From positions 217 to 64,216 of the forward strand of contig DAOTMI010000003.1 in NCBI GenBank assembly GCA_035450165.1: a stretch of DNA of 64,000 bases, in the 5' to 3' direction. Position 1 is the first letter of the stretch; each line of letters opens with the position of its first letter. Source of the DNA: Candidatus Woesebacteria bacterium (GTDB lineage Bacteria > Patescibacteriota > Microgenomatia > UBA12405). A program made the translations under genes and the position numbers. Shown one piece after another: positions 38,908-49,561 of this stretch. The notes under the pieces are model-generated. The model searched no databases. It saw only the letters and a program-made list of their open reading frames with translations, and was not told the DNA's origin.

Positions 38908-39693
38908 ATGCTTAAAAAAGCGATTTTAGTCATTATTTGCAGTTTATTTTTAACCGGCTGTAGCTTAACCCCTCCGGCCAAGTCGGCGATCGAAATCCAT
39001 TCAACTCCTCAGGCTACCGTTTTTATTAATGGCCGGGAAGCCGGCATAACCCCTTACAAAAACACTAATTTAACTCCTCAAGAAATCACTGTTAAGTTAG
39101 CCTTTAATGACCAGTGGGTAGAAAAAAAAATTAACCTTAAACAAGGATTAACATCGGTCTTAGACTGGAAATTCGATGAAAATGGCAACAATGGTGGTTA
39201 TCTATTAACAATGGAAAAAACCGGTGATTCTAACTGCAGTCTTTTAATTAATTCGATTCCGGCTCGAGCGGTGATTAGCTTAGACAATCAAATTATTGGT
39301 TCAACTCCTAAAAAAATAGACCGTCTTGACCAAGGGGAAAAACAAATTACTATTAGCTTTCCAAATTATCAAAACATAAATTTATTTTTAAGAACTACAC
39401 CAGGCTATAATTTAATAGTTACTGCTGAATTAATTAAAAATATCCGACCAACCGAATCTTCTCAGGAAACTACTCCCATTAATCAACAACCACTCGTCCG
39501 GGTTCGGGAAACAGAAACTGGCTGGTTAAATGTAAGGGACAATCCTTCCACTGGTGGCCGAGAGATTACCAAAATAAAACCAGACGAGGAATATCAACTT
39601 TTAGAAAAAACTCAGGATTGGCTTAAAATAGAATTAAAGGATGGTCGAGACGGTTGGATAGCAGCTAAATACGGCGAGATAATCTCCAGGTAA
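38908..39693 (+). CDS. Lipoprotein with two PEGA domains and a C-terminal SH3b domain
   Basis: Lipobox FLTGC; S.P.A.V.ING..G.TP twice; WLNVRDNPS...WLKI...GWIA. Confidence 0.85.
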   Translation: MLKKAILVIICSLFLTGCSLTPPAKSAIEIHSTPQATVFINGREAGITPYKNTNLTPQEITVKLAFNDQWVEKKINLKQGLTSVLDWKFDENGNNGGYLLTMEKTGDSNCSLLINSIPARAVISLDNQIIGSTPKKIDRLDQGEKQITISFPNYQNINLFLRTTPGYNLIVTAELIKNIRPTESSQETTPINQQPLVRVRETETGWLNVRDNPSTGGREITKIKPDEEYQLLEKTQDWLKIELKDGRDGWIAAKYGEIISR

Positions 39694-40723
39694 AGGAAAA
39701 AAGGAGCAAAAAAATTCCTAAAAATGCATAAAATTTTTGGGTGCTATTTAGAAAAAGAGAAATTATACCAAACAATAAAGAAACTAACCAATAAAAAACG
39801 GCGATCTGGGACCGTTTCCATCCTAAACGTAATAGCTGGTGATGTAAATGACGATTGTCAGATTGAAAAATTGATTGGTGGTTTAATAATCGCCTAATGA
39901 TAACAAAAATGGCATCAACCATAGGTACACTTAAAAGTAAAATTAAAGTAGCCAATTTAGCCCCGGACAAAATAGCTAAAACCGCTAATAATAGACCGGC
40001 CAAACTCTTACCACCATAACCAGGCATAATGCTTTGAGGAAAAATATTATAAGGAAGAAAACCAAGATAGGCTCCAGCTAAAGCCCCAGCTAAAACAATA
40101 ACTGGCCATTGAGTAATATCGTTATGAAAACGTAAACCAAGAATACCAATAAATGTAGCCGCAATTACCACTAAACCTGGGAGCTGGCCATCCACTCCAG
40201 TCGACCAACCAACAATATTGGTACACCAAGTAATCCAGATAATGGCCAATAAATCAGAAACAATCCAAATAGAGTGGGGTAAACCAAAAAGAGTAAAATC
40301 GTATCGCCAAAGGGAAAAATCAATTACCCCGCCGAAGGGATTAGATAAAAAAGCAATTCCAATTCCACTAATCACAATAGCCAAGGCCGCCAGAACATTA
40401 GTTATCAAACGAAAACCTGGACTTAAGTCCCATAGGTCATCGGCAACGCCAACTAAGAGATTAATAGTACAGGCAATAATAATACCAAGTAAATGCTTAT
40501 CTAAAGGAAGGAATAAAATGATAGTCAAAACCACGGCTAAATAGACCGGAATACCTCCACCTCGCGGTACTGGTGCCAAAGCGGTGGCGTTTTTAGTCTT
40601 TTTCTGTTTTTCCCATGGATATTCAACCCAATTGCGTTTAATAAAAAAATTACGAACTAAAGGAGTAGTCATCAATGAAATTAGGCTGGCAACGATCAAA
40701 GAAATAATAAATTGGCTTATCAT
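39665..40723 (-). CDS. MraY/WecA/TagO family polyprenyl-phosphate sugar-1-phosphate transferase
   Basis: PRGGG, GVADD, GVDG, FLPYN.FP.SI, D.RHLHH; start moved to 40723. Confidence 0.88.
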   Translation of the reverse strand: MISQFIISLIVASLISLMTTPLVRNFFIKRNWVEYPWEKQKKTKNATALAPVPRGGGIPVYLAVVLTIILFLPLDKHLLGIIIACTINLLVGVADDLWDLSPGFRLITNVLAALAIVISGIGIAFLSNPFGGVIDFSLWRYDFTLFGLPHSIWIVSDLLAIIWITWCTNIVGWSTGVDGQLPGLVVIAATFIGILGLRFHNDITQWPVIVLAGALAGAYLGFLPYNIFPQSIMPGYGGKSLAGLLLAVLAILSGAKLATLILLLSVPMVDAIFVIIRRLLNHQSIFQSDNRHLHHQLLRLGWKRSQIAVFYWLVSLLFGIISLFLNSTQKFYAFLGIFLLLFSFTWRLSRRI

Positions 40724-40727
40724 TTTA

Positions 40728-41096
40728 TTAGGAAACCAAAAAAATAATATGGAGAAGACCAATCAATGAAAAAAAACTGAAAACTAAGGAAGTAATCATT
40801 AATAATCTGGACAAAAGTTTTAATTCCCGGGAATAATACATGGCCATCAAACTATCAACGACCAAGACAAGGACTGATAAAAGAGGAAAAAGAAATAAAT
40901 TAGCTACGGGAGCCAAACGACTTTCTCCCCAAGGTAAAGTGTAATATAAAGGAACTTGGGTTGGTAAATTAGAAAAGGTAAAAAAAAGAACAATAATTTG
41001 TCCTAAAATACAAAAAATAGTCCCTCGAACCATAAAATGATTCATCTTTTCTTGCCAAAATTTACCCAAAAGTGATAAGGAATAAAAAAGAGACAT
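40728..41096 (-). CDS. Small membrane protein (DUF1648-like)
   Basis: LPTQVPLYYTLPWG; three TMs. Confidence 0.65.
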   Translation of the reverse strand: MSLFYSLSLLGKFWQEKMNHFMVRGTIFCILGQIIVLFFTFSNLPTQVPLYYTLPWGESRLAPVANLFLFPLLSVLVLVVDSLMAMYYSRELKLLSRLLMITSLVFSFFSLIGLLHIIFLVS

Positions 41097-42452
41097 TTAT
41101 TTTAACTGAAAAATAAGGGCTGGACCGATTTGGTCGAGCGGTAAATAATTTTGATTGAGAAATTTATCAAGTTGGGGAAAATCTCTATTCTCCATTGAAA
41201 AATAGACAATAAATTTAGGTCGTCTCTGTTGAAGGGCCATTATAGTTTCCTCATAGGCATTCAAATCAATAATATGATAAGCGGCAGTATAACGACCAAC
41301 AGGCAAGCGATCCGCCAAAGCATAAATATAAGGTTCATCACCCCAGATGAAAATCGGCTCGGCTCTATTTGTGTTGTTTTTTAAATATTCAGCAATTTTA
41401 TAAGTAGTGGCTACCTTTTCTCCATAATAGGAAGGATTATTATGGTTAAAATAAAAATTACGATAATAAGGTATAGTTGGATAAAAATAAAATTTATACC
41501 GAAAAATAAGACAAATTATAATCGATAAAGCTAAAATAAAGTAAGGCCAAAAACCAATAAGGAGGAAAAGGGGCGGTAAAATCTGAATCAAATAATGAGG
41601 GTAAGGACGACCGGATAAAAGACTGCCAAAAATACAAGCTGATAGCCAGCCAAGAAGAAAAACCAATTTGGAACTAATTAATTTTTTCTTTAAAAGCCAA
41701 TAAAGTCCTCCCCATACCAATAGGAGAATCAATAATCGACCAGTTAAACCGCCGTTTAAGGGAGAATGGTTAATTGAACCGGTTTGCCATGAAGAAAGAT
41801 AACCAAAATTTTGGAAAATAGCCGCCGTTATAAAAGGCTTGACTGCTCCTTTGAAAAAGAAATAAATTGTCCATAAAATTATTGGCCAGCTGCAGCCAAT
41901 TAAATAAAACAAAATATTCCGCCGTTGACCGGCAGGCTGGGTTAAAATCAGACAAATAAAAATAAAAAAAGCTTCGATGACTACTGGAGCTTTGAGGGTA
42001 AAAGCTAAACCAAAAAATACACCGGACCAAAAATATTTTTTATTCAACCATTGATAAACTGCCAAAATAGTTGGTAGAAGCATAAAAATCTCGGCGTTGG
42101 CCACATTGCCCTCAATTAAAGGAATGGAAGTAAAGATAATAAAAATGAAAGTGCTTACAGCGGCAAGACGGTGATTAAAAAATTTTCGAGCCAGAAGATA
42201 AAAATAAATCACGGTAGGAATCATCACCAAAAACAACAATAAACGAAAACCGAAAACTGTCCGGCCCAGAGCGGCTAAATAGTATAAAAGGGGCGGTTTG
42301 TTATCATAAATTTGAGAATATAAAGTTAAACCACGTCTCAGAGCCTGGCCTAAAGTCAAATAAATCCCCTCATCGCCGTACCAATAGGGTTCAAAGAGGG
42401 ACGGTAGACGTAGAAGAAAAAAAACTAAACCATTAGTTAACCAAAACATCAT
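41097..42452 (-). CDS. GT-C fold glycosyltransferase (ArnT/PMT-like)
   Basis: WYGDEGIY, DNKPPLLY, many TMs, IFIWGDEPYIY. Confidence 0.8.
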   Translation of the reverse strand: MMFWLTNGLVFFLLRLPSLFEPYWYGDEGIYLTLGQALRRGLTLYSQIYDNKPPLLYYLAALGRTVFGFRLLLFLVMIPTVIYFYLLARKFFNHRLAAVSTFIFIIFTSIPLIEGNVANAEIFMLLPTILAVYQWLNKKYFWSGVFFGLAFTLKAPVVIEAFFIFICLILTQPAGQRRNILFYLIGCSWPIILWTIYFFFKGAVKPFITAAIFQNFGYLSSWQTGSINHSPLNGGLTGRLLILLLVWGGLYWLLKKKLISSKLVFLLGWLSACIFGSLLSGRPYPHYLIQILPPLFLLIGFWPYFILALSIIICLIFRYKFYFYPTIPYYRNFYFNHNNPSYYGEKVATTYKIAEYLKNNTNRAEPIFIWGDEPYIYALADRLPVGRYTAAYHIIDLNAYEETIMALQQRRPKFIVYFSMENRDFPQLDKFLNQNYLPLDQIGPALIFQLK

Positions 42453-42475
42453 TAGGTTATTTTAGCATTTGAAGC

Positions 42476-43975
42476 TCAAGCCTTCTTAGGTGTCGTCCAA
42501 TACTCTAATCTTCCACCTAGCATCAAGCGGGTTTGAGATTCTAGACCAGGCAGAACTGAAAGAAAAAACGTAGCCACTGGTAAAAATGGCCATTGAATCA
42601 AATTCTTTAAAACAGTCCTCCAACCTCCTTTTAAATCAGCCGGGCGAAGTTGCCAATCAACAATAATCAGGCAAATTAAGGGAATAAGGCAGATGGTCAA
42701 TATTAAACGAACAATCCGAGGTAAATTGAAACCAAGGGTCGTGGCAAAAAAATGAGGATTGAGTAAAACCGGTAAGGATGAACCTAAAGTTAACAAAAAC
42801 CAATTGCTAGCCCAAATAAAATAAGATTCCATAATCTTAAAAACACGAAGATATCGAGTAATAAACGGGATTTCTCGATGAAGACGGGCCTGTTCGAGAG
42901 CATAAGGGATATCAGTGCAACCCCAAGCTTGACGAACACATTGTTTATAACGATTTCTTAAAGCTATCCAGGTCGTTTCTCCCGATGGTGCATCAACTAC
43001 TGCCGGCAAAAAAATCGGTTCAACTGCCACCCGTCCCTGATTGGCAAAAAAGGTTTGGAGAAAAATATGCCAATCTTCAGAAATAACATCTGGATCCCAA
43101 TAGCCGGCACTATCAATCAAATAATAACTGGAAGAATAACAGGAATAATTAAAAAACAAACCATCCAACTCTTGGACACCAGCAATATGACCTACGTTGC
43201 CAATAATACCGACTATCCGAATTAAGGCCGGCACCTGATTGATATTGCGATGCCAAATAATCGGGGCTTGCCAAAAACGATAATACCGCTGATGGTTTCG
43301 GGCAAAATTATAAGTAAGACAGGAAAAATATTTGGGATGAAAAAGAGTATCGACGTCACAACTTGTCAGGGTTAAATTCTTTAATTGATAACGACCACTA
43401 TCAATGTATTTCTTCTTAAAATATTTAGCTGCCCAAGCTTCATTAGTGTGCTTACCAGCTGTTTCTCCGGGCAAATTACTCGGATGTTCGGTAAAAATCA
43501 AATGGCCGAATGTCCCTTTATACTTGGTAGAAAAATAATCAATTGTCTTTTGATTATTTTCTTTACCAGCTCGGGCTTCTTGAGCCAAAATAACATGCAG
43601 CTTTTTTAAATCAATATCGACTTGGGCCGCTAAAGAACCAACTGCCATCTCAATAACATCATTGGGTTCTTTATAGGAAGAAATAATAATTACATGGTGG
43701 ATATCTCGATATGGTAACCACCTGGCCCGGAAATCCTGATTAAATTTTTCCAACCAATTGGTATTTTTGGCCGCTTTAATTTTAAAATAACCAATAATAG
43801 CCAGGGTAGCCGTTTTAAAAGATTGCCAAAGCCAATAAGTAGCAAAAGCCAGAGCAAAATAAGCCACTAATTTAGGAATAACGAAAGCTCCCCATAAAGG
43901 AAACAAAATAAAAAACCAAGCTATTAAGCCCGGTAACATTTCTAAAAATCGATACCAACGGGTTTTCTTATTCAT
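42476..43975 (-). CDS. Membrane glycosyltransferase family 2
   Basis: YKEP, GK..N, CDVD, SEDW, QCVRQAWG, flanking TMs. Confidence 0.85.
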   Translation of the reverse strand: MNKKTRWYRFLEMLPGLIAWFFILFPLWGAFVIPKLVAYFALAFATYWLWQSFKTATLAIIGYFKIKAAKNTNWLEKFNQDFRARWLPYRDIHHVIIISSYKEPNDVIEMAVGSLAAQVDIDLKKLHVILAQEARAGKENNQKTIDYFSTKYKGTFGHLIFTEHPSNLPGETAGKHTNEAWAAKYFKKKYIDSGRYQLKNLTLTSCDVDTLFHPKYFSCLTYNFARNHQRYYRFWQAPIIWHRNINQVPALIRIVGIIGNVGHIAGVQELDGLFFNYSCYSSSYYLIDSAGYWDPDVISEDWHIFLQTFFANQGRVAVEPIFLPAVVDAPSGETTWIALRNRYKQCVRQAWGCTDIPYALEQARLHREIPFITRYLRVFKIMESYFIWASNWFLLTLGSSLPVLLNPHFFATTLGFNLPRIVRLILTICLIPLICLIIVDWQLRPADLKGGWRTVLKNLIQWPFLPVATFFLSVLPGLESQTRLMLGGRLEYWTTPKKA

Positions 43976-44000
43976 CGGCTAATAGTGTATTATATCAGCA

Positions 44001-44735
44001 ATGGGATTAAAAGACGATATTAAGAAGACAATAGCATACGCCAAAACATACGGTTGCGTCCTCAACAAAAAACAATTATACGAAAGATTGATCGGCAAAA
44101 ATAATTACGAATTAAAAATTACGAGTTACGAATTCAAACACCTAAAACTACGAAAAGCTCAACAATTAGCTGAAAGAGTAGGAAAAATGTTTCCTAACGT
44201 TTTATTTATTGGGGTGACCGGCTCGGTAGCAGCAGAGTTCCCCAAAAGAAATGATGATATCGATTTATTCATCATTGTTAAAAATAACACTCTATGGTTG
44301 ACCAGGTTTTGGCTTAGAATTTTTATCTGGCAGCAAAAAATTCCTCACCGGCGATATGGTCGAAAAGAAAAGGCGGATGAATTTTGCTTTAATATTTGGC
44401 TAGATGAATCAGCCTTACTCTTGCCTCCCCAAAAACAAAATCTTAATAATGCCGTTGATTTAATTTTAATGAAAAAGATTTATGACAAAAATAATACCTA
44501 TATAAAATTTATACAGGCTAATAGTTGGGCAAAAAAATACGTGGCAACACCATATTGTCATTTAATTCGAAATTCGAAATTCAAAATTCAAAATGACTTA
44601 CCAAAAATTTTAAATTTTAAATTAAAAATTTTAAATTTATTATATTTCCTGCCTCAATACCTTTACAGCCGGCTGAAAACGAAACCCCAAAATGTTGATC
44701 TCCATCGAGCTTTTTGGGGAGGCAGTAGGCGGTAA
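44001..44735 (+). CDS. Nucleotidyltransferase (Pol-beta superfamily) domain protein
   Basis: GVTGSVA...DDIDLFII motif. Confidence 0.7.
   Translation: MGLKDDIKKTIAYAKTYGCVLNKKQLYERLIGKNNYELKITSYEFKHLKLRKAQQLAERVGKMFPNVLFIGVTGSVAAEFPKRNDDIDLFIIVKNNTLWLTRFWLRIFIWQQKIPHRRYGRKEKADEFCFNIWLDESALLLPPQKQNLNNAVDLILMKKIYDKNNTYIKFIQANSWAKKYVATPYCHLIRNSKFKIQNDLPKILNFKLKILNLLYFLPQYLYSRLKTKPQNVDLHRAFWGGSRR
44103..44137 (+). repeat. Heptamer array inside the nucleotidyltransferase gene (a second array lies at 44564-44640)
   Basis: AATTACG AATTAAA AATTACG AGTTACG AATTCAA. Confidence 0.75.
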
Positions 44736-44764
44736 TGATGTCTGACCAGGGTTATAATTAAAAA

Positions 44765-45301
44765 GTGAAAATTAAATCAAAAGATAATCATCGGAGAAAT
44801 ATCATAGCTACAATTATTGCCGTAGTAATGGCACTTTTTATTTTGTTTGTCTCTATTGCCCGGGCTAGCCTAGAAATTGCCAGTTCCCGGGATGCCAATC
44901 GAGATATAAGAAAAATGGAGATTGAGTGTGAAGTTAACGGAGAAAAATTTACCTATAAATTACCTCAGGCCCGAATCTTACCCGATGATCCAATTTATTT
45001 TTTTAAACGAGTTAGGGACTGGCTCTGGCTTAACTTCGCTAAGGACAAGTTAGAAAAAAGTGACATAGCTCTCTTTATTGCCGATAAAAAAATGGCCGAA
45101 ACTCAGGTTTTATTATCAAAGGGAAAAATTAACCTAGCTCTAGCAACTAGTCAAGAGGCTTTAAATAAATTAAAATACGCCAGATCCCTTCACCCCACGG
45201 ATCAAAATTACTACGCTGGCTGGTCTTATGCTAAAATCTTGCAAAACTACAACCAAAAAATCCAAGTGTTGGATGAATGGAATCAGCAACAAAAGAAATA
45301 A
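44765..45301 (+). CDS. DUF5667-like membrane-anchored protein
   Basis: TM, then ILPDDPIYFFKRVRD...ADKKMAE. Confidence 0.7.
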   Translation: MKIKSKDNHRRNIIATIIAVVMALFILFVSIARASLEIASSRDANRDIRKMEIECEVNGEKFTYKLPQARILPDDPIYFFKRVRDWLWLNFAKDKLEKSDIALFIADKKMAETQVLLSKGKINLALATSQEALNKLKYARSLHPTDQNYYAGWSYAKILQNYNQKIQVLDEWNQQQKK

Positions 45302-47402
45302 ATGGTTGATTATTATCATTCTTCTGATTCTTATCCTCGGCAGTAGTGTCGGTTGGATCTTACGAGATGTGCCCGGCCCTTTAAAACTAAGTAAGGGAGA
45401 ATTTCCAGAATCATCAAAAATATTAGATCGGAACGGTAAACTCCTATATGAGATATATGCCGATAAAAAGAGAACGGAAATTCCCTTATCGGAAATCCCC
45501 CAAAAAATGATTCAAGCCACTTTAGCCATTGAGGATATTAATTTTTATAAACATTTTGGTTTTGATTGGCGTGGAATTATTCGAGGGGCCTATCGCACTA
45601 TTTTTCAAAAGAGACTTCAGGGCGGTTCAACCCTAACTCAACAATTAGTTAAAAATGCCTTACTAACGCCGGAAAGAACCTGGAGTCGAAAGGTCAAAGA
45701 AGCTTTGTTAACCCTAGCCACTGAAATTATTTATTCCAAAAACCAAATTCTAGAAATGTACTTCAATCAAATACCTTACGGTGGTACTCTCTGGGGAGTT
45801 GAGGCAGCCGCTAAAGATATTTTTAATAAATCGGCTAAAGACTTAAATCTGGCGGAATCAGCCCTTCTGGCCGGTTTACCAGCAGCCCCTTCTAAATATT
45901 CTCCTTTTTCTCATCCAGAACTAGCTAAAGAAAGACAAGAGCAGGTATTAAAACGAATGTTAGAGGTTAATTTCATTACCCAAGAAGAATATCAGCAAGC
46001 GATTGAAGAAAAATTAAACTACTATCTAGTTAAACAAAACATTGAAGCTCCTCATTTTGTCTTTTACATCAAGGAAATGCTAACGGATAAATACGGTGCG
46101 GAAAGAGTAACTGAAGGAGGACTCCAAGTCTATACTACTCTCAACTTAGAAATCCAAAAAATGGCTGAAGCCACCGTCAGTGCTGAAATAAATCAACTGA
46201 AAAAACTGAAAGTTACTAATGGGGCTACTCTCATTACCTCACCCAAAACAGGAGAAATTCTAGCCATGGTTGGATCAAAGGATTACTTTGCCGACGACAT
46301 TGATGGTAAATATAACGTTACTACTGCTCTCCGCCAGCCGGGATCAGCCATTAAACCACTTAATTATGCTGTTGCTATTGAAACTGGTAAAATTACCGCC
46401 GCTTCGATTTTATTCGACGGGCCTACCTGCTTCCCGGTAGAAAATCAAAAACCTTACTGTCCAGTTAATTACGGCAATAAATTTTACGGTATCCAAAGTA
46501 CCCGCAATGCTTTAGCTAATTCAATCAATATTCCGGCGGTAAAAGTTTTAAAGTTAAACGGATTGGAAACATTTATTGCCTCCGCCTCCGCCTTTGGGAT
46601 TAAAACCTTCAAGGATCCATCTAATTATGGCCTATCTTTAACTTTGGGGGGAGGAGAAGTCCAGATGACTGATATGGCTGTAGCCTTTGGCGTTTTGGCT
46701 AATGGGGGTATCAAAAAAGAACTAAACCCTATTTTAAAAATTATTGATAAAAATGGAAAAGTATTAGAAGAAGCTTCAAATGATCCTGGAATAAGGGTTC
46801 TTTCCCGGGAAACAGCTTTTATCATTCAACAAATTTTATCCGACAATCAAGCAAGGAGCTTAGTCTTTGGCCCCAATTCAATGTTAGTCATCAAAAATCA
46901 CCCCGAAGTAGCCGTTAAAACAGGAACAACAAACGATATGCGAGACAATTGGACTATAGGCTATACTCCCGATTACGTCGTCTTAACCTGGGTTGGTAAC
47001 AATAATAATGCTCGAATGGGTGGTTTAGTTTCCGGGGTAACTGGAGCTGCCCCTATCTGGCATGAAATTACTACTCAATTATTAAAGGATAAAGAAATTA
47101 AAAAACCAACCAAACCAGCAGGTATCGTTGGCCAATCGGTATGTAATCTAACCGGTGGCGCTATCCCCCCTGAAGGCTGTGAATCCCATTTTGAATATTT
47201 TAAAAAGGAATTTCTACCGCCGATCATTAAACCAAGCCGACAAAACGTCCTCATCGATAAGGATAGCGGTCGAATTGTCAAACCAGAAGATCATAAACCT
47301 AACACCCAAACGGAAGAACATTTAGTTTTTCCCGACGCCACGGGAGAACTTATATGTCTTGACTGTCTTATTGTCGAACCAACCCCTACCCCTTTAAACT
47401 AA
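45228..47402 (+). CDS. Class A (bifunctional) penicillin-binding protein
   Basis: Transglycosylase motifs ED..FY.H.G, GGSTLTQQLVKN, RKVKE; transpeptidase motifs SAIK, SIN, KTGT. Confidence 0.95.
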   Translation: MLKSCKTTTKKSKCWMNGISNKRNKWLIIIILLILILGSSVGWILRDVPGPLKLSKGEFPESSKILDRNGKLLYEIYADKKRTEIPLSEIPQKMIQATLAIEDINFYKHFGFDWRGIIRGAYRTIFQKRLQGGSTLTQQLVKNALLTPERTWSRKVKEALLTLATEIIYSKNQILEMYFNQIPYGGTLWGVEAAAKDIFNKSAKDLNLAESALLAGLPAAPSKYSPFSHPELAKERQEQVLKRMLEVNFITQEEYQQAIEEKLNYYLVKQNIEAPHFVFYIKEMLTDKYGAERVTEGGLQVYTTLNLEIQKMAEATVSAEINQLKKLKVTNGATLITSPKTGEILAMVGSKDYFADDIDGKYNVTTALRQPGSAIKPLNYAVAIETGKITAASILFDGPTCFPVENQKPYCPVNYGNKFYGIQSTRNALANSINIPAVKVLKLNGLETFIASASAFGIKTFKDPSNYGLSLTLGGGEVQMTDMAVAFGVLANGGIKKELNPILKIIDKNGKVLEEASNDPGIRVLSRETAFIIQQILSDNQARSLVFGPNSMLVIKNHPEVAVKTGTTNDMRDNWTIGYTPDYVVLTWVGNNNNARMGGLVSGVTGAAPIWHEITTQLLKDKEIKKPTKPAGIVGQSVCNLTGGAIPPEGCESHFEYFKKEFLPPIIKPSRQNVLIDKDSGRIVKPEDHKPNTQTEEHLVFPDATGELICLDCLIVEPTPTPLN

Positions 47403-47954
47403 CCACCAATAAATTTTCTCTACTACCCCGGGAATTAATTCAATGGAAAAGTCAAGATTATTTTGGCCGGTAATTCTGATTAAAATATAAATTTCCCTAC
47501 CGGGAATAGATAAACGAAAATAACCCTGATAAGAGCCAGCCCGGGAAGTAATTATCTGCCGAACTACTACCCCTTTGGGAATTGCTTTATAAAGAAAACT
47601 ATCAACAATGGGGTCAGTTTGATTGAGAAAATTAACAGCACTTTCAACAGCAGTTTGGTCAGTAAAATTTTTTTGATAAACAAAATCCCCAGATCGCACA
47701 TAAACGGACCATTCATTTTGGTCATCAATCTCCAAATTAAATGGAACAGTTGGGGCTGGTGAAACCGAGGAAGATAAATGGGGTTGAGACCAATAACGAT
47801 AAAAATAAAAAACTAAACTCAAACCAACGGTTAAAATCAAAGAAACAAAAAGCCAGAATTGTTTTCGATGGATCCACTCTTTTTCCGAAATCTCATCAAC
47901 TAAATCTAATTGTTCAGATTTAATTTTTCTGGGTTTAATTGTTTTGGGCAACAT
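47394..47954 (-). CDS. Hypothetical single-pass membrane protein
   Basis: 186-aa ORF with one TM. Confidence 0.55.
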   Translation of the reverse strand: MLPKTIKPRKIKSEQLDLVDEISEKEWIHRKQFWLFVSLILTVGLSLVFYFYRYWSQPHLSSSVSPAPTVPFNLEIDDQNEWSVYVRSGDFVYQKNFTDQTAVESAVNFLNQTDPIVDSFLYKAIPKGVVVRQIITSRAGSYQGYFRLSIPGREIYILIRITGQNNLDFSIELIPGVVEKIYWWLV

Positions 47955-47958
47955 AACT

Positions 47959-48852
47959 TTAAAGCCGATCTAAATGTAAACCGTAAAAATTATAAAGCTC
48001 TTCCGGATTACCTGATTGACCAAAACGATCATGAACAGCTAAATGACGGAAATTACATTTAATTCCCGCTTTTAAAATTAAAATGGCTATAGCCTCACCC
48101 AAACCGCCGTTCTGTTGGTGATCCTCTAAAACAATTATTTTTTTTGTTTTTCTAACCGATTTCAAAATTGTTTCTTCATCTAAAGGTTTTAACGATGAAC
48201 AATTAATTATTTCTGCCTCTTTAAAATTAAAAGCTTGAAATAAAATCGGTCCATAACCAACAATAGTGATCTGATTGCCCATCTGTAAAACATTAGATTT
48301 ACCAATAGTAAACGGTTGAGAAGAATAGACAGGCGTTTCCGGCCGAACCAAACGAATATAGGCCGGAGAAGGAGATTGATAAACAACTGGAATTAAAGAT
48401 CGAACCTCATTGGCATCCAAGGGAGCAAAAACCTCCATATGGGGTAAAACTCGCATCAGCGCCACATCCTCTAACATCTGATGGGATGCCCCTAAATTAC
48501 CTGATAAAAGACCGGCATGGGACCCAATAATTTTAACCGGACAATTATTTTCACAAATCGACTGACGAATTTGAGCCCAATTAATTGCTGGCGAAAAACA
48601 AGCAAAAGAGCATAAAAAAACAATTTTGCCTGCCTTCGCCAAGCCAGCAGCAACACCAGCGGCATTAGCTTCAGCCAAACCGCATTCGATAAAGCGGTCA
48701 GGAAAAACGTCGGCAAATTCTTCTAAAGACAGGGACGATTTTAAATCCATGCTCACCACATAAAGATTTTTGTTAATTGTAGCCAATTTTAAAATCGTTT
48801 CCCCAAAGGCCTTACGCATCGATTGATTCAAGTTCTTTTCTGGCTTTTTCAT
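47959..48852 (-). CDS. Transketolase C-terminal subunit
   Basis: RFIECGLAEAN, GASHQ..ED, PAYIRL, LKPLD, EDHQ..GGLGE. Confidence 0.92.
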   Translation of the reverse strand: MKKPEKNLNQSMRKAFGETILKLATINKNLYVVSMDLKSSLSLEEFADVFPDRFIECGLAEANAAGVAAGLAKAGKIVFLCSFACFSPAINWAQIRQSICENNCPVKIIGSHAGLLSGNLGASHQMLEDVALMRVLPHMEVFAPLDANEVRSLIPVVYQSPSPAYIRLVRPETPVYSSQPFTIGKSNVLQMGNQITIVGYGPILFQAFNFKEAEIINCSSLKPLDEETILKSVRKTKKIIVLEDHQQNGGLGEAIAILILKAGIKCNFRHLAVHDRFGQSGNPEELYNFYGLHLDRL

Positions 48853-49561
48853 AAAGATCCTGGCTTAAACTTTTAACATCGTGGTACTTAAAATTATTTT
48901 CCATAAAAGAAATCCCTTTACCCAAAATAGTATGGGCAACTATGCCAACCGGCTGATTCGATTGTTTTGCCTTCTTTAGGGTAGTTTTAATAGCTTTTAA
49001 ATCATGACCATCGATCTCCTCTACTGCCCAACCAAATTGAGAATATTTATCTATCAGCGAACCCAAAGGCATAATCTCATCGGTAGAACCATCAATCTGC
49101 AGACTATTAACATCAATAAGATTAATTAAATTATTCAATCGATACTTATTGGCAAAGGCAGCCGCTTCCCAAATTTGACCCTCTTGTTGTTCACCGTCGG
49201 TAGTTAAACAAATCACCTTCATCTTCCTATTTCCCAAGGCTAACCCAGCAGCAAAAGATAAGCCTTGACCCAAAGAACCAGCAGCATATTCCACGCCGGG
49301 AAGACCCAAAGCCGTATGACCCTGAAGAGGAGAACCAAATTGACTGTAATTATTGAGCCATTCTCGAGGAAATCGTCCGATGGCCGCCAGAACAACGTAA
49401 AGGGCCGGGGCTAAATGACCGGCCGATAAAATAAAATGATCCTGATCAAAATCAAACAGTCCACTAGTGTACACTGTTTCAATCAAATCCAGACTAGATA
49501 AAGAACCGCCGATATGACCGCCATTACGGTAAATTAAATCAAGTAAATCAAGACGAAGCAT
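48812..49561 (-). CDS. Transketolase N-terminal subunit
   Basis: GHIGGSLS, FILSAGH, LQGH, GSLGQG, TPP motif DGEQQEG...N; start moved to 49561. Confidence 0.92.
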   Translation of the reverse strand: MLRLDLLDLIYRNGGHIGGSLSSLDLIETVYTSGLFDFDQDHFILSAGHLAPALYVVLAAIGRFPREWLNNYSQFGSPLQGHTALGLPGVEYAAGSLGQGLSFAAGLALGNRKMKVICLTTDGEQQEGQIWEAAAFANKYRLNNLINLIDVNSLQIDGSTDEIMPLGSLIDKYSQFGWAVEEIDGHDLKAIKTTLKKAKQSNQPVGIVAHTILGKGISFMENNFKYHDVKSLSQDLYEKARKELESIDA

